Below are positions 13,270-25,960 of a stretch of 64,000 bases of DNA, in pieces. The position numbers and the translations under genes were made by a program. Each line of letters begins with the position of its first letter. The first letter of the stretch is position 1. This stretch comes from Glaucostegus cemiculus (Eukaryota), in the NCBI GenBank assembly GCA_976551045.1, contig CDPCPM010000241.1:496001-560000 (forward strand), read 5' to 3'. A model generated the notes under the pieces. The model saw nothing but the letters and a program-made list of their open reading frames with translations. It was not told the origin of the DNA and did not search any database.

Positions 13270-14345
13270 CTCTCTACCATTTACAAGGTTCAGGTGAGGA
13301 GTCTGATGGAATGTTCACCATTTGTCTACATGGTACAGATAGAACAATACCCAGCAAGCTCAGTACCATATAAGACCTAGCAGTTCACTTAATGACTATT
13401 CCCTCCATTCACCAAAGGCCGTATTGTGTAATGTATTATCTACTGGTTGAACTGCAGCAACACTCCACTGTGATTTCAGCAATAGCTATCTCTCCTATGA
13501 GCTCCACCATTAAGAATGGGGAAAATCATGGAGGGAAATCATCAGAGCTAGGGAGTTATGCTCCAATTTTGTAAAACATTGGTCAGACCTCCGCCGGAAT
13601 ATCACGTGCATTTCTGGTCACCACACTATAGGAAGGATGTGACAGCATTGGAGAGAGTGCGGTGGAGATGTTGCCTGAGATCGAGTGTTGTAGTTATAAG
13701 GAGAGAGTGGAGAGGTTGGATCTATTTTCCTTGGAGCAGAGAAAGTTAAGAGGAGATATGATTGAGAGATATAAAATTATGAAAAGTATAGATAGTGTAG
13801 CCTGCAGGAATTTTTCCCCTTATCAGAGGTGAATAAAAGTAGAGGACACAGATTTAGGATAAGTGCTAAGAGATTTAGGGGAGATTTGAGGGGTGCCTTT
13901 TTCAACTTGGTTTGGGGGTTGGGGTTAGTATCTGGAATGTACTGCCAGAGAGAGTGTTAGAAGCAAAATTGCTAATGGCATTTAAGAGGTATCTAGACAA
14001 ACATTTAAATTGCCTAGGCATTGAAGGCTGTGGGCCAAGTGCTGTAAAATGGGATTAATACAGATGGGTACCCATTGGTCAGCATAGACATGATGGACCA
14101 AATGGCCTGTGTCCATGTTGTATGACTCTATGATCATCACACCTACTTTCTCTTCAACCTGGCATGGAAATGCACCGTTAATTCTTCATTACAGCTTATT
14201 CAGAATTTTGTGTTGGAGGCTATGGAAGTGCTATTACATCAGGAGCAGCAGTGGATCAGGGAAATTGCTTAGCACTATATTCTCAAGCCAACTAGAGATG
14301 GGCAGTTAATATGGACTTACTGGCCATACCAATATCATTTAAACA
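13270..14345 (+). mobile_element. Old jockey-group LINE 3' fragment split by a nested CR1
   Basis: 13270-13520 and 14135-14345 both resemble the reverse complement of 23220-23720, in colinear order. Confidence 0.5.
13545..14133 (+). mobile_element. CR1 LINE 3' fragment
   Basis: KTLVRPPPEYHVHFWSPHYRKDVTALERV; tail ggcctgtgtccatgttgtatgactctatga. Confidence 0.88.
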
Positions 14346-15404
14346 AGTAAATTTGACCATCTATAAAGAAGGGGATAAAGTATCACAGTTGAAAGAGATA
14401 TTTACCCGAAGATCCCAACTGAATACTACCATAAAAATGACAGAAGATAAGAACCCAGATTTTTGCCTCAAGATTATATTTAAATTCTCCAAAACCAGCT
14501 TTGGGACATTTTGAACATACTGTTCCCATATGACACAAATGGCATGCGTAACAAGTTCTTTGTTTGATGCCTTGTCTATGGCAATAATATCCACTCAACC
14601 TGAAAATTTCACCTGACAAAATATTCTGTAGTTCTTTTTAAGGGAGGGGTAGGGGCATCTGATTGGAAAGTGTGAGGGATTTAATCAGGGGGTGAGGCTG
14701 CAATTCAAAGATTGTTTTTATACTGGTGTTGGTGGCGTGTTAGCACTACTGGCTACCAGTCCATGATATACAGCTGGACACAACTCCATTATAAATGCAC
14801 TGAATATACTTAGCAGGACAGATCTTTCTAGTCGCTGGACTTAACATAATAGATGTTGGGAATTGGTGGCTTCAGTGCGAATCCAAATCAAACATAGGCA
14901 TAGTTAAAGAAAAATGTTTTGAAGCTCACTTTTAACATTCTGCCAGGCAAGCCTGTATTACTTTAATAACAGCTGAGCAAATTTATTTTATTTAATTTTT
15001 AGAAGCTGTTGTAAAGTAAGCTGAGTAATGCAAAATAAACTTGACTTAGTCTCTCCATCATATTATACAAGGGCTTTCCAGACTAGTTTAAAATAGTAGT
15101 AATAAACTTGTCAGTTGAAATTGATGTGGAGAATTTTCCAATAGCTGATCTTCCAAAATGAGAAAGTTTATTTAGTACCTATGTCCACACAGCCACCAAA
15201 ATTTCCAAGAATAATCCTGATTATTTATTCTTTCACTGCACTTTAGTACTTATGACTGAAATAAGGGCAACAATTTTACAAAGGGCTGCAGCTATTTAAA
15301 ATTAAATTTCCATTTTACGGCAAAGCCAAAACTATTTGACCAAATGATGGGGCTGGATACCAGATAAACCCCTTGGTTTACAGGGAATAAGGAACTCTGC
15401 TGAA

Positions 15405-16265
15405 CTACAGAATCACAGAATCGTTACAGCATGGGAGCCCACCAAATCTGTACTTGTTCAATCAGAAGCAATTCAGCTTGTCCCACTCCCCCATCCTCTC
15501 CCAATCGCCCTGCAAATTAATTCCCTTCAGGTACCTATTCAGCTCCCTTTGGAATGCTTTAATTGAATGTGCCTCCATTCCTTGCCCTGGCACTACATTC
15601 TAACCCATAACCATTCCCCCTGTAAAAACAAATCAATTTTGGCTCTTTTGCAAATCACCTTAATTCTATGTTCCTATGTTCTTGACTCCTTCACTTAACT
15701 GTAACAGTTTCTCTATCTGCACTATCTATACATCCCATCATCTTATTTCTCAGGTTTCTTTGTAGTCTGCTCTGTTCCAGTTTCTCCATTCTATTCAAAT
15801 AGAATGGTTCCTCATCGCTGGAATCATTTTGTTAAATTCGTTCAGCAACCACTCTAAAGCCTTCACATCTTTCCTAGAGTTAAGGTAATATTCCAGTGTG
15901 TTATGTGACTTCTTTGCTGTTGTGGTCATGCCTCCGTATATCAAGCCCAAAATCATTGTTTAACCACTTTCTCAGCCTGCCCCTATCAGCTTCAACAAAC
16001 AATATCCCCAGATCCCTCTCTGTTCTTGTACCCCTTTTGGAATTGTTTAGATTGCCTCTTTGTATCAAAATGGAATACTTCACATTTCTTAGCATTAAAT
16101 TTCATGTCCACTCATTCTAGCCATAAGCCTGTCTACATCTCCTATTACTATTCACCTCACGGTTCACAAAGCCTCCCAAGATTTATGTAATTTGGAAATT
16201 TTGCCCTGCACACCCAAATCCAAGTCATTAATACATAATAAAGAGAGCAGTGGCTTTAGTAGCTG
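15405..16265 (-). mobile_element. Degenerate CR1 LINE
   Basis: Starts with the reverse-complemented tail acagaatcacagaatc; internal cccagatccctctc (ERDLG) and gtcattaatacatataata blocks. Confidence 0.65.
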
Positions 16266-19164
16266 CAGAAGAATTGAATAAATGAAAAACTGCTTGGTTC
16301 AACTTTGCAATGTTCCCTGCCTTCAGAAGAGCAATGTAGCTTAGGAGCACCATTAGATGACATGGTAACAAATACAGTTGAAGCTTTCACTTCTGGGGAA
16401 TCTGCCAACTTAAAGCTGACCAGCATTTCCCTATGCTAAATAATAGAGCAAGGTAGATTGTCACAAATACTTACCACTCAAGCTAATAAACTTAGGCCTT
16501 GAGCTTCAAGTCCATCCAAAGGATGGAATCCCTGCCCCCAAATGATGTTCCCAGTGCTGAATACAATGTCTCATTTGCATCCAGTCAAGGAGCTGTGTGA
16601 GTAAGTAGCAGCTTTTCGATAAAGAATGTTTGAAGATGAGCCTGTTATGTTGGTAGAAGCAGCACTTACAAACAAACAAAACTTAACTGGGTACAAAAAT
16701 GGGTGGGAGAACAATGTGATATATGCAGTGTCTAGCACCTAATTCAGACATGATCACTTCAGGACAATGCATTAGATTTCACCAATGTGATCAATGCCAT
16801 AATTCAGACTGTCAATCATCATGGGCTCCCTGTCCATCATACTGGACACATGGCAGACCTTGTAGCTTCTGAAAAAAGAGTACTAAGAGGCCAAATATCT
16901 TGGCCATCATCTAGCGATTAACCCTTTCTCCTTCCCTCAGTGCATTACAAATCTCTGACAAGCCAATTTGTCTCACTTCATTTACAACAAAGACTATAAT
17001 TCAAAGATCTGTAATTCATTGTCTGTGAAGTTGTTTGGGTTCTCCTGAGATTGTGAAAGGTAAATGTGATTTCTTTCTTTTCATGAGATAGCTATTAATT
17101 TGGTGAGGTTTTTAGGGGAATTAAGAGAGGGAATTTTTGCTTATGTGAGTGGAAGGTCATTTGTTTCATAGGAGTGCTGCACAGCTGTAAAGTAAACCCT
17201 TGAGTTATAAGAAAGGCTGTTCACTTTACCAGGAATTTAAAGTCAGAGAATGAATAAGGAAAATACCGCACATGGATAACATTCACTTTACCAGACTTGC
17301 TTCCAAGAACATTAGACATTATTTCATCCAAAGTACACTCACACCTCATTAGTCTTTTTATCCAACATGCAGGTAACTTAGAAACTCTAACAATAACCAC
17401 TCCAGTTAAAGATTAAACTGAGTAGAAACATCCTCTGTGAAACTTTAGGAACTTAGTCCAGATCTGTCTGATTGAGGGAAAACTCTAATACAGCACCTTC
17501 TGCTTTCCTTTATATAGATTTTTGATGTCATGTTTAATATAACAGTTATTGCTTCTGGGTCCACAACTAGCAAAGCTCTTCTTCAGATAAAGTCCAAAAT
17601 TTTCTGGAATTTTTCAGCATAGTAATGGAGTAAGAGTGGAGTTTCAGAGGAAACCTGTGCATGATTTGCACTGGTTTTATGCAGCTGGATTTCACTGGTT
17701 CAAGCCATTCACCTTCAATTGTAGTTGTCCTGCACGTACCTATTAAAGCTGTGGAGACACCAACTAATGATGCCGTTTCACACTGATTGTTACACTGCAG
17801 CATAGACATATAAGCAGCACAGAAAGATCCCATTGATGAGATCAGCACAGATACCATCACCATAACTTTTGCATAAGCATGATCAAGGACAGTGTGTAGC
17901 TCCCAAAGATGCTGGGCCGCAATTCCTCATCTTATTCACTCTAAGGGAGGTACAAACCTTTTGTTCTATCCTACTCTGCACTTTTCTCTGTATTTTCAAA
18001 TGTGATCATCTGTAACTTGTTCCAGTTCCAATGAAAGCTCATTGACTTAAATGTTAACTCTGTTTCTTTTTCCAAAAATCACTCTGACCTGTTGAGTTTT
18101 ATTTTATCTGAGATTTCTATCATCTGCAATGGTATGAATGCTTTTAAAATGCAAATTTTTTGATTAGGACACACAACTTGTATTGTGCTGCTCCAAGAGA
18201 AGAGTGCATGGTACCATGATTGTGGCAATGTCTTGGAACAATGAAAACTTCATCACATTGAGGTGTTCCCAAATTCACAATCAGAGCTGGCAGCATAAGT
18301 ACAGGTCAATTTCCTATTTGTGATTATTTGTTTTATTGTTTTGGAATGAAATCACTGTGATGAATCAGTCAGGAATCTTTCCCTTTTGTTAAGGAACATC
18401 TCATGTTGGTTCAGGAAGCTTACAGGAGAGACTTGATGTGTCTGAATTAGTAGATTAGTTTTCCAATGTCTCATTACTGAATGATCTGGTTTACTTAAAT
18501 CTATTCGCAACCATTGTGCAACCCTGTATCCCGTTCAAAATGTCGTTTCAATTTAGAGAGCGAAATAGCCCCTCACATTTTGCACATTTTCAGAGTTCAT
18601 GGTTCTTTTTCTGCATATCTCTTCCTCTACAAAAGTCTCCTCTTGTTGCCACATGGTCTTTTTGTCTGGCAATGAGATGAATGTCCAAACCTCGTCCATT
18701 TCAAAGTAAACCCATCCAAATGTCTACTGTCCATTTTCCTCCCTGATGTTGCCTGGTCCACTGAGTTCCTCCAGCAGCAAGGTTTTGGAAACCTATTCGA
18801 ATCTGTGAAATGCATGGGCCTTCTGGCAATGTTAAAAGTGCTATACCAGAGTTGCCGAATTCATCTTCTTCAATTTCCACTGAGCCAGCTTCTGCATAAT
18901 CTCCACAGCAAACTAAAAAAAATGCTTCCATTGTTGTTAGGCCCCATAATTCATGATACTTTGAATTAAGTTTCAAGGGAGGACCCAGATTTGCTTGGAT
19001 TTTGCCCAAATTAAATGTATCCAGAGAGCAGAGTGTGGGGAAGACTTGCCATACCACAAAAGACAACAAGTTGCATTTGTACAACAACTTTAACTCTGCA
19101 CAGATCTTAAGATGCTTCTTAAGGGAATTACAATTTAAAAATGAGACCAAGCATTTTAGATAGG

Positions 19165-19380
19165 TAACCAAAGACCCCACCCACCTGGGTCATTCTCTCT
19201 TCTCTCCTCTTCCATCAGGTAGGAGATACAGGAGCCTGAAGGCACATACCACCAGGCTGAAGGACAGCTTCTATCCTACTGTGATAACACTATTGAATGG
19301 TTCCCTTTTATGATGAGATGGACTCTGACCTCACAATCACTTCGGTATAAGTGACAATAATACACCAATACCAATACCAA
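19165..19380 (+). mobile_element. Rex1/Babar-like LINE 3' end with an internal deletion
   Basis: ccatcaggtaggagatacaggagcctgaag...accaccaggctgaaggacagcttctatcc, homologous to 49985-50325; ends in (ccaata)n. Confidence 0.65.
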
Positions 19381-19419
19381 AATCTTTGTTAGAAAGGTTC
19401 TAAAGAGTATTTTGAAGGA

Positions 19420-19905
19420 GTAGTTCTGATCACCACAATAACAGAAGGATGTAATGTGGGGATTCACTGAGATGTTGCTTGCAATGGAACATTTTAATTA
19501 TGAGGAGAGACTGGAGAGGCGAGGTCTGTTTTCCCTGAAGTGGAGGAGGTGAAGAGAGGACGTGATTGAGCTATATAACACTGAGGGGTTATATATTGGC
19601 ATAGACTGCAGGAAACTTTTCCCCATGTCAGAGGTGAATAAAACCAGATGACATGGATTTAGAGGGGATCTGAGGGGTTACCTTTTTCATCCAGAGAGTG
19701 CTGAGTCACTGCCTGAGAGAATGGTGGAAGCAGAGTTGCTGACAGGGTTTAAGAGGTGTCAAGATGAATACTTGAATTGCCTCGGTACAGAAGGATATGA
19801 GCAGGTGTAGGAAGATCAGATAAATAGGGAAAGGTACCCTCTGGTCAGCATGCATGTGTTGGGCTGAATGGTCTGCTTCCCTGCTGTATGACTGTATGAT
19901 TATGA
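19420..19905 (+). mobile_element. Degenerate CR1 3' fragment
   Basis: Similar to 13620-14130 (gaaggatgt...tatgaggagagactggagagg...ctgcaggaaacttttcccc...ctgtatgactgtatga). Confidence 0.75.
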
Positions 19906-19989
19906 GAATGGAGAGGTTCAGGAGTAAATTTTGAGAGCAAAGGATCCAGGCAGTCGAGCTACCACAGCCAGTAGTGGGATAGTGTAATT

Positions 19990-20245
19990 AGGTAATGGTA
20001 TTGGTTTATTATTGTCACTTGTACCGAGGTACAGTGAAAAACTTGTCTTGCATACCGATCGTATAGGTCAATTCATTACACAGTGCAGTTTCACTGAGTT
20101 AGTACAGAGTGCATTGAGGTAGTACAGGTAAAAACAATAACAGTACAGAGTAAAGTGTCACAGCTACAGAGAAAGTGCAGGGCAGTAAGGTGCAAGGTCA
20201 CAATAAGGTAGATCGTGAGGTCAGAGTCCATCTCATTGTATAAGG
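19990..20245 (-). mobile_element. Rex1/Babar-like LINE 3' UTR, inverted relative to 19165-19380
   Basis: ggtattggtttattattgtcacttgtaccgagg and gtgaggtcagagtccatctcat are reverse complements of 19313-19378. Confidence 0.7.
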
Positions 20246-20779
20246 GGTGATGCAAAGGAGGCCATTATGATAGGATGGGGAGGAGTGAGGCCATGGAAAA
20301 GATTGAAAATAGGGATTAGAATTTTACTCAACAAAAAAGTAGAAGCAAGAGTTTGCTGTTCATTCCCTTGTGTCTGCTCTGCCAATCAATAAAATTGTGA
20401 CTGATCTCTTACCTCAGCTCTGTTTCCCTTCACAAATCCCATTATATTTTGATATCCTTAAATAAAAATCAAAGAGTTGCTGGACTGGGAAGGAGTGTAG
20501 GTCAGTGAGCACTGGAGTGTTCAATGAATGAGCCTTGGTGCAAATTGGAGTACAGACAGTTTTGGATGAGCTTGATTTTGAAGGATGGAGCAATGGATGC
20601 CATTCAGATATGTGCTCGGCAAACTTCTAATGCAACTAGTATCTCCTTAGAGGAGGTGACACCAGTATTGAGTGGTAGACATGCCAGGAGAGCATCAGAT
20701 CTGATATTAAGATGACAACAAGTTGGTTAACCTTCACCAAAGCAGTTGACGTACACTGCAAATGAACTCTGAATTCCCC

Positions 20780-21157
20780 ACTTTAAATAATCCCCATCCA
20801 CCTTCCCCACAACACCCCCCCCCCACCACCTGCTTCTTCTCTTCTTCCCTTCCGTAGCTTCTTTTTCCTTTCTCTCCTTACCTTTGACCCATATTCCAAT
20901 GGATTTGCTCTGCCCTCCTCCCCTGAACCTGCCTATCACTATCTCTTACCTGCATCTACTTATCACCACCTTGTGCCCACCCCTCCCCTCTTTTGTCCCC
21001 CTATCACTGTTCTGCTTTTCCCTCCTATATATTGGGCTTCCCCTTTTCCTATCTTCAGTCCTGAAGAAGGGTCTTGACCCCAAACATTGACCGCCTGCTT
21101 TTCTCCACGGATGCTGCCTGGCCTGCTGAGTTCCTCCAGCATCATCATGTTTTTCAC
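20780..21157 (+). mobile_element. Penelope-like element 3' region/pseudo-LTR
   Basis: A C/T-rich tract followed by ctgaagaagggtcttgacccc-aaac...gatgctgcctggcctgctgagttcctccagcatc. Confidence 0.6.
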
Positions 21158-23204
21158 TGCAAATGGCTTGAGTGTTTTCTAGCTGGTGAATAAAAATATT
21201 AGCCAATGTTTCCATCCAGTGATTCTTGTTGCAGCAGCAGCATCGGATTTAGGTAAGAACAAGAAGGGGTTTGGTCATATGGATCCCGGCAGTCAACATT
21301 CATTTTCTGGGCTCACACTTGAAGAGCTTTTAACCAAATACACCATAAACATGACCCAGGACAGGAGGGTATAAAACATAAAGTTGTAAACTCGCAAGAT
21401 CAATAGAAATGAATCTGCATCATTTATGCTGTTCATCCAAGCTCAGGGCAGCTGAAAATGTGAGGGAGCAGCTGCCACGTAGCAGGCAATATTTCAAAAG
21501 TGACAGTGGCTTGTTTTACAAGTGTGAACAGCCTATAAAGAGCCATGATTGACAAGTGTTCCAGGTGCCAATGTATCTCAAAGCTTTCTCTCTGTTAAGT
21601 AAGTAAATCCAGTAAGGCACCAAGCTGGAGTGATCTGCCCAGACTTCGACGTTGTTTGTAAGGAGGATATTGAGTGTTGTTTCAATATTTACAATGTAAT
21701 GCTGAAGGTGTTTTGCTTATGAGAGCAATGGCTTAAAAACTTCGTGCATGATTGTTTGTGAAATCAGAGAGTAGGGACCTTCTCAAATTGCTGGTGTGTC
21801 CCCTATTTTTAGCTGCCCACTTTGAGAAGGAAGTGATGAAGAAGTGGCTCATTACCCTCAAATTTTTCATAGAGCTGTCTTCAAGGTCATTACCCTTCTC
21901 AGGAAGCAAGTTAACAAGCACCTTTAGCACTGCTGAATATTGAAAGACTACACAATGTAGAATGGGGAGCTGAGGACTTAGATATGTAGGATACCCAGAA
22001 CATAGAGAGCATGATACGACTGTCCTGAAATGGCCATGACACTGAAAGATATGCATTAATTAGTTAGAGGATCCATAACTCTGAGAGACTGGTAGCTTTC
22101 CTGGGATATCACTGAGTGCTGGTTGAGGCACATCTGCAACGTTATCAGGAACTTCAGACAGATCTTACAGCATACAGAAGCTCTGCCTGCATAGCAGGGA
22201 GCACAAAGACTGGGGTATGCTGCTCTATGGTGAGAGTTACTACTCCATTTGTTCCATGAGGCTGCATCAAACCACTACAGGCATAATCACCAGTGGGATC
22301 ACAGCTCAAGGAACCTCAGGACCACTGTGTCTAAGGTTTGGAATAGTCCAAATCCAAAAGATACATGGAACACCAGGGCACAGCACCATGAAAAGCAGTA
22401 CAAGGCGATTCCCTAATAATTTTGTTTTATTTTTCATTCGTAGTAAGGTTGACTGGTCGCTGTTTCTCAGCTGCACTCTTTTTCTTATTATCTGATCTGT
22501 TCACTTGTTTCACTGTATTCAAGGAATAAATACATGTATATCCTACATCCTATCTAACATCTTGGCCTATTTTTAAGATTTTGTCTAACTTTCAAATAAT
22601 TTAGTTGAGGAATCCCAGAGGTCCTTCAAGAGCAGTTGTTGCTGGATTTGCAGCCTGGATTCTGCTTGTACTGTCAGTGAGTGCTCCTTGCTAGTGTTTC
22701 ATTCGGGTGGTTTCCCACGGTCACTTCATGACAGTTGCATTTGTGGTCCTGTTCTCACCAGCAGTCCTTCGCCTAACCTACAATTAAAGCTCTGTGACCA
22801 ATACGAACTGCAAATCAAGTTCACAAGGAATGACAACTTGTTACTGAAAGTTTAGTCTGCACTGAACTTTTGAGAACTTTAAACCCTGTGAAGTTAAAGA
22901 TGCCAATTCCCCAGGTGTGTACTGGTTCTTCCAGGAATTAAAGTGAATATCCTGGACTTTGCCAAAAGCAACATGGAATAATAAAGTAGGATTTTTTTTT
23001 AAATAAAATGCTTTCTTTTATTCTATATTCATTCAATGCTTTAATGTATTAGCAGAGGAGTTATGATGATAGGGAACAATGGATGTTTAACTGGATCCAA
23101 ACAAATTTTCCAACCCCCAAACTGAGTCTCCAAATTTTGCAAACACCTGCCCTCTGTGTGTTCACTGTGTGAACATTTCATCCTATAATATTCTTGCTAT
23201 TTTT

Positions 23205-25520
23205 AGATTATTCACTTTTAGGATCTGGGCACTGCTGATGAGCCAGCATTTATTGCCATCTGTGATTGCCCTTCAGAGGGGAGTGCTGAGTCACCATCTT
23301 ACGCTGCTGCAACTTTTCTGATGGAGGTATGGCCACATCATTGTTGGTAGGTAGCCTTGGGATTTAGACCCAGTGATGATGTAGAACTGGCAGTATATTT
23401 CCAAGTCAGGATGGTGTGTGAATTGGAGGGGAACCTGCAGATGATATTCCCATGTAGTTCTGCCCTTGTCTGTGGTAGTAGAGCTCATGGATTTGGAAAG
23501 TGCAGTGGAGGTTATCTGGGTGAGTAACCAATGCATTTTGCAGATCATACACACTGGAAACAACATACACCAGGTGAATGGAATGAATATTAAGGGTAGT
23601 GGACAGGGTCCCAAACAAGCAAGTTGCTTTATCCTAAATAGTATTGGGCTTCTTGAGAGTTGTTAGAGACTCATTTATACAAGCAAGTGGAGAGTATTCC
23701 TTTGCACTCCTGACTTGTGTGTTGTGCATGGTGGAAAGACTCAGGGGTTTCAGAAGAGGAGTTGCTTTACACAGGATACCCAGATACCCAGCCCCTAACT
23801 TTCTTTTGTAGCCCTGATATTTATTGAACCAGTTGAATGTTTGATTAATAAAGTGCCCAGGATGTTATTTGTGGGGAACTCGATGGTAATGTTATTGAAT
23901 ATAAAAGGTAGACTGTTAGACTCTCTCTTGTTGGAGATGGCCATTGTCAGTTACTTCTGTGGCACCAATGTTACTTGTTACTTCTCAGCAAATGCCTAAG
24001 TGTCACCTAGACCTTGCTGTGTGTGGGCACAGACTGTTTATTTGCTCAGGAGTTGCAAGCAGAACTGACGTTTGTGCGATCATCAAGAAATATCTGACCT
24101 TATGAAGAAAGGAGGGTCATTAAGTCATCTGAAGATAGCTGGGCCTAGGGCACTGCCCTGAGGAAGTCCTGCAGTGATGTCCTGAAGTTGGGTTCATTGA
24201 CCTTCAACAACAATGACCATTTTCCTTTGTGTGAGATTTGATTCCAAATATTAATGTTTTATCCCCATTGATAGCCATTAACTTCAATGTTACCAGGGTT
24301 CCTTGATGTTACATTGGTCAGATGCTGTCTTAATATCAAGAGTCACTCTCAACAGGAATTTGATTCTTTAGTCCACGTTGTGAATAAAAATTATCTGGGC
24401 AATTTTCCACACTATTGGGGTCAGGGGTGCCAGTGTTAGAGCTGTACGGGAACAGTTTGTTTAATGGAATTGCTAGATTTGGAACACATGTCTTTATTGT
24501 TAAAGCTGGCATGTTTTCTGGTCTCATGCCCTTTGTATCTGGTGCTCTCAGCCATTCCTTAATATCATGTGGAGTGAAGCAAATTGGCTGAAGACTGGAT
24601 CCTGTGACAGTGGGGATCCCAGGAGGAAATCCAGGAAATCCAGAATATCAGCTTGCCACTTCTTGCTGAACATGGCTGTGAATGCTTCTACATTTAGCAC
24701 TTATATTCTGGACTTCACCATCATTGAAAATGGGGACATTCTTGGAGCCTAATCTTTCCATTAACTGTTAATTCTTCCACCTCCAATCATATGTGACATG
24801 ACTAAAGAGTTTTGATCTGATATATGAATTGTGGGATTGCTTACCTTTACCTGTTCCATGTCATTTTTTGCTGTTTAGCATGCATGGCAACAGAATTTGT
24901 ACTTCATCAGATTGGCACCTTAATTTTTGGTGTGCCTCATGCTGTTTTTAGCATGCCCTTCTGTACTTCTCATTGAACCAGCATTGATCCCTTGGCCTGT
25001 TCGTAAATGTGAGTGTTATCCTGGGCCATGAGCTGGTTTATATTTCTGCTGTGATGATGGTCCACAGCATTCATTGATACCCACTGCTGACCTACCAGAT
25101 CTTTTTTGATTCACCACATCTGTGGTGACATGCAACAAGGTGCCAGGTATTTTTGGTGTGAAGACAGGGATGATGATTCTCCTGCATGGGAGCTGTGCAG
25201 TGGTCATTTCTACCTGTGCTGTCATGGATAAAGACATCTGCCACTCATCAGTATCATCTTGAGTTATTCCTCATGTTGGTCCAATCAAACTGCATCTGTT
25301 GTTCGGGACTCAGCCAGCTTGTCGGTGATGGTACTACCAAGTTACAGTTGGTTATGGATCTTGAAATCCCTCACCTAGAGTTCATTCTGTGACCTTACTA
25401 CTTTCAATGGTTCTTACAAGTGCTGTTCAACATAAAAGTGTGCAGGTTTATCAGCTGAGAGAGGACAGTAAATGGTAATCGGTAGAAGGAATGCTGCCCA
25501 TGTTTGACCTGATGTCATGA
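23205..25520 (-). mobile_element. Ancient ~2.3 kb jockey-group (L2/Crack-like) LINE
   Basis: The minus ORF RPENMPALTIKTCVPNLAIPLNKLFPYSSNTG resembles the pre-RT motif GPDNIP..VLK.CAPELA.PL.KLF; the 3' end is shared with other fragments in the window. The clade is uncertain. Confidence 0.6.
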
Positions 25521-25754
25521 AAAAAACAAGTTATTATTTAGATGGAGCAAAACAGCAAAATGTTGTGGTACAGATGGACCCCGGAGTCCTGGTACGAGAA
25601 ACACAAGAAGTTGACATGCCAGTACAGGAAGTAATTAGAAACATGAGTGTAATGTTGGACTAGATTGCAAGGGGTAAGGAATATTGAGTGGATTTCTGGA
25701 ATGGAGAAAAATTGAGTAGGTTGGGATTATACTTATTTGTGAATGAGAAGTGAT

Positions 25755-25960
25755 ATTACAGGCATCAGTGAACCAGATGGGATTTTTGCAACAATCCAGC
25801 AGTTCTGTCTGTTCTTTACCAATGATACGTTTGTATTTCTTCAAATTCCAAATTATTAACTGGATCTAATTTCTACTACTGCCAAGGTGGGATTTCACTT
25901 TGAGTCTCTGGATTGTTTGCCAGGCCTCTGGATTACTAGTCCGGTAATTTAACTGCAGTG
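25755..25960 (-). mobile_element. tRNA-derived SINE fragment, same family as 53760-54065
   Basis: Reverse-complement similarity to 53780-53910 (aaatcccacc.tggcag; aaaaatcccatctggttcactgatg). Confidence 0.45.
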
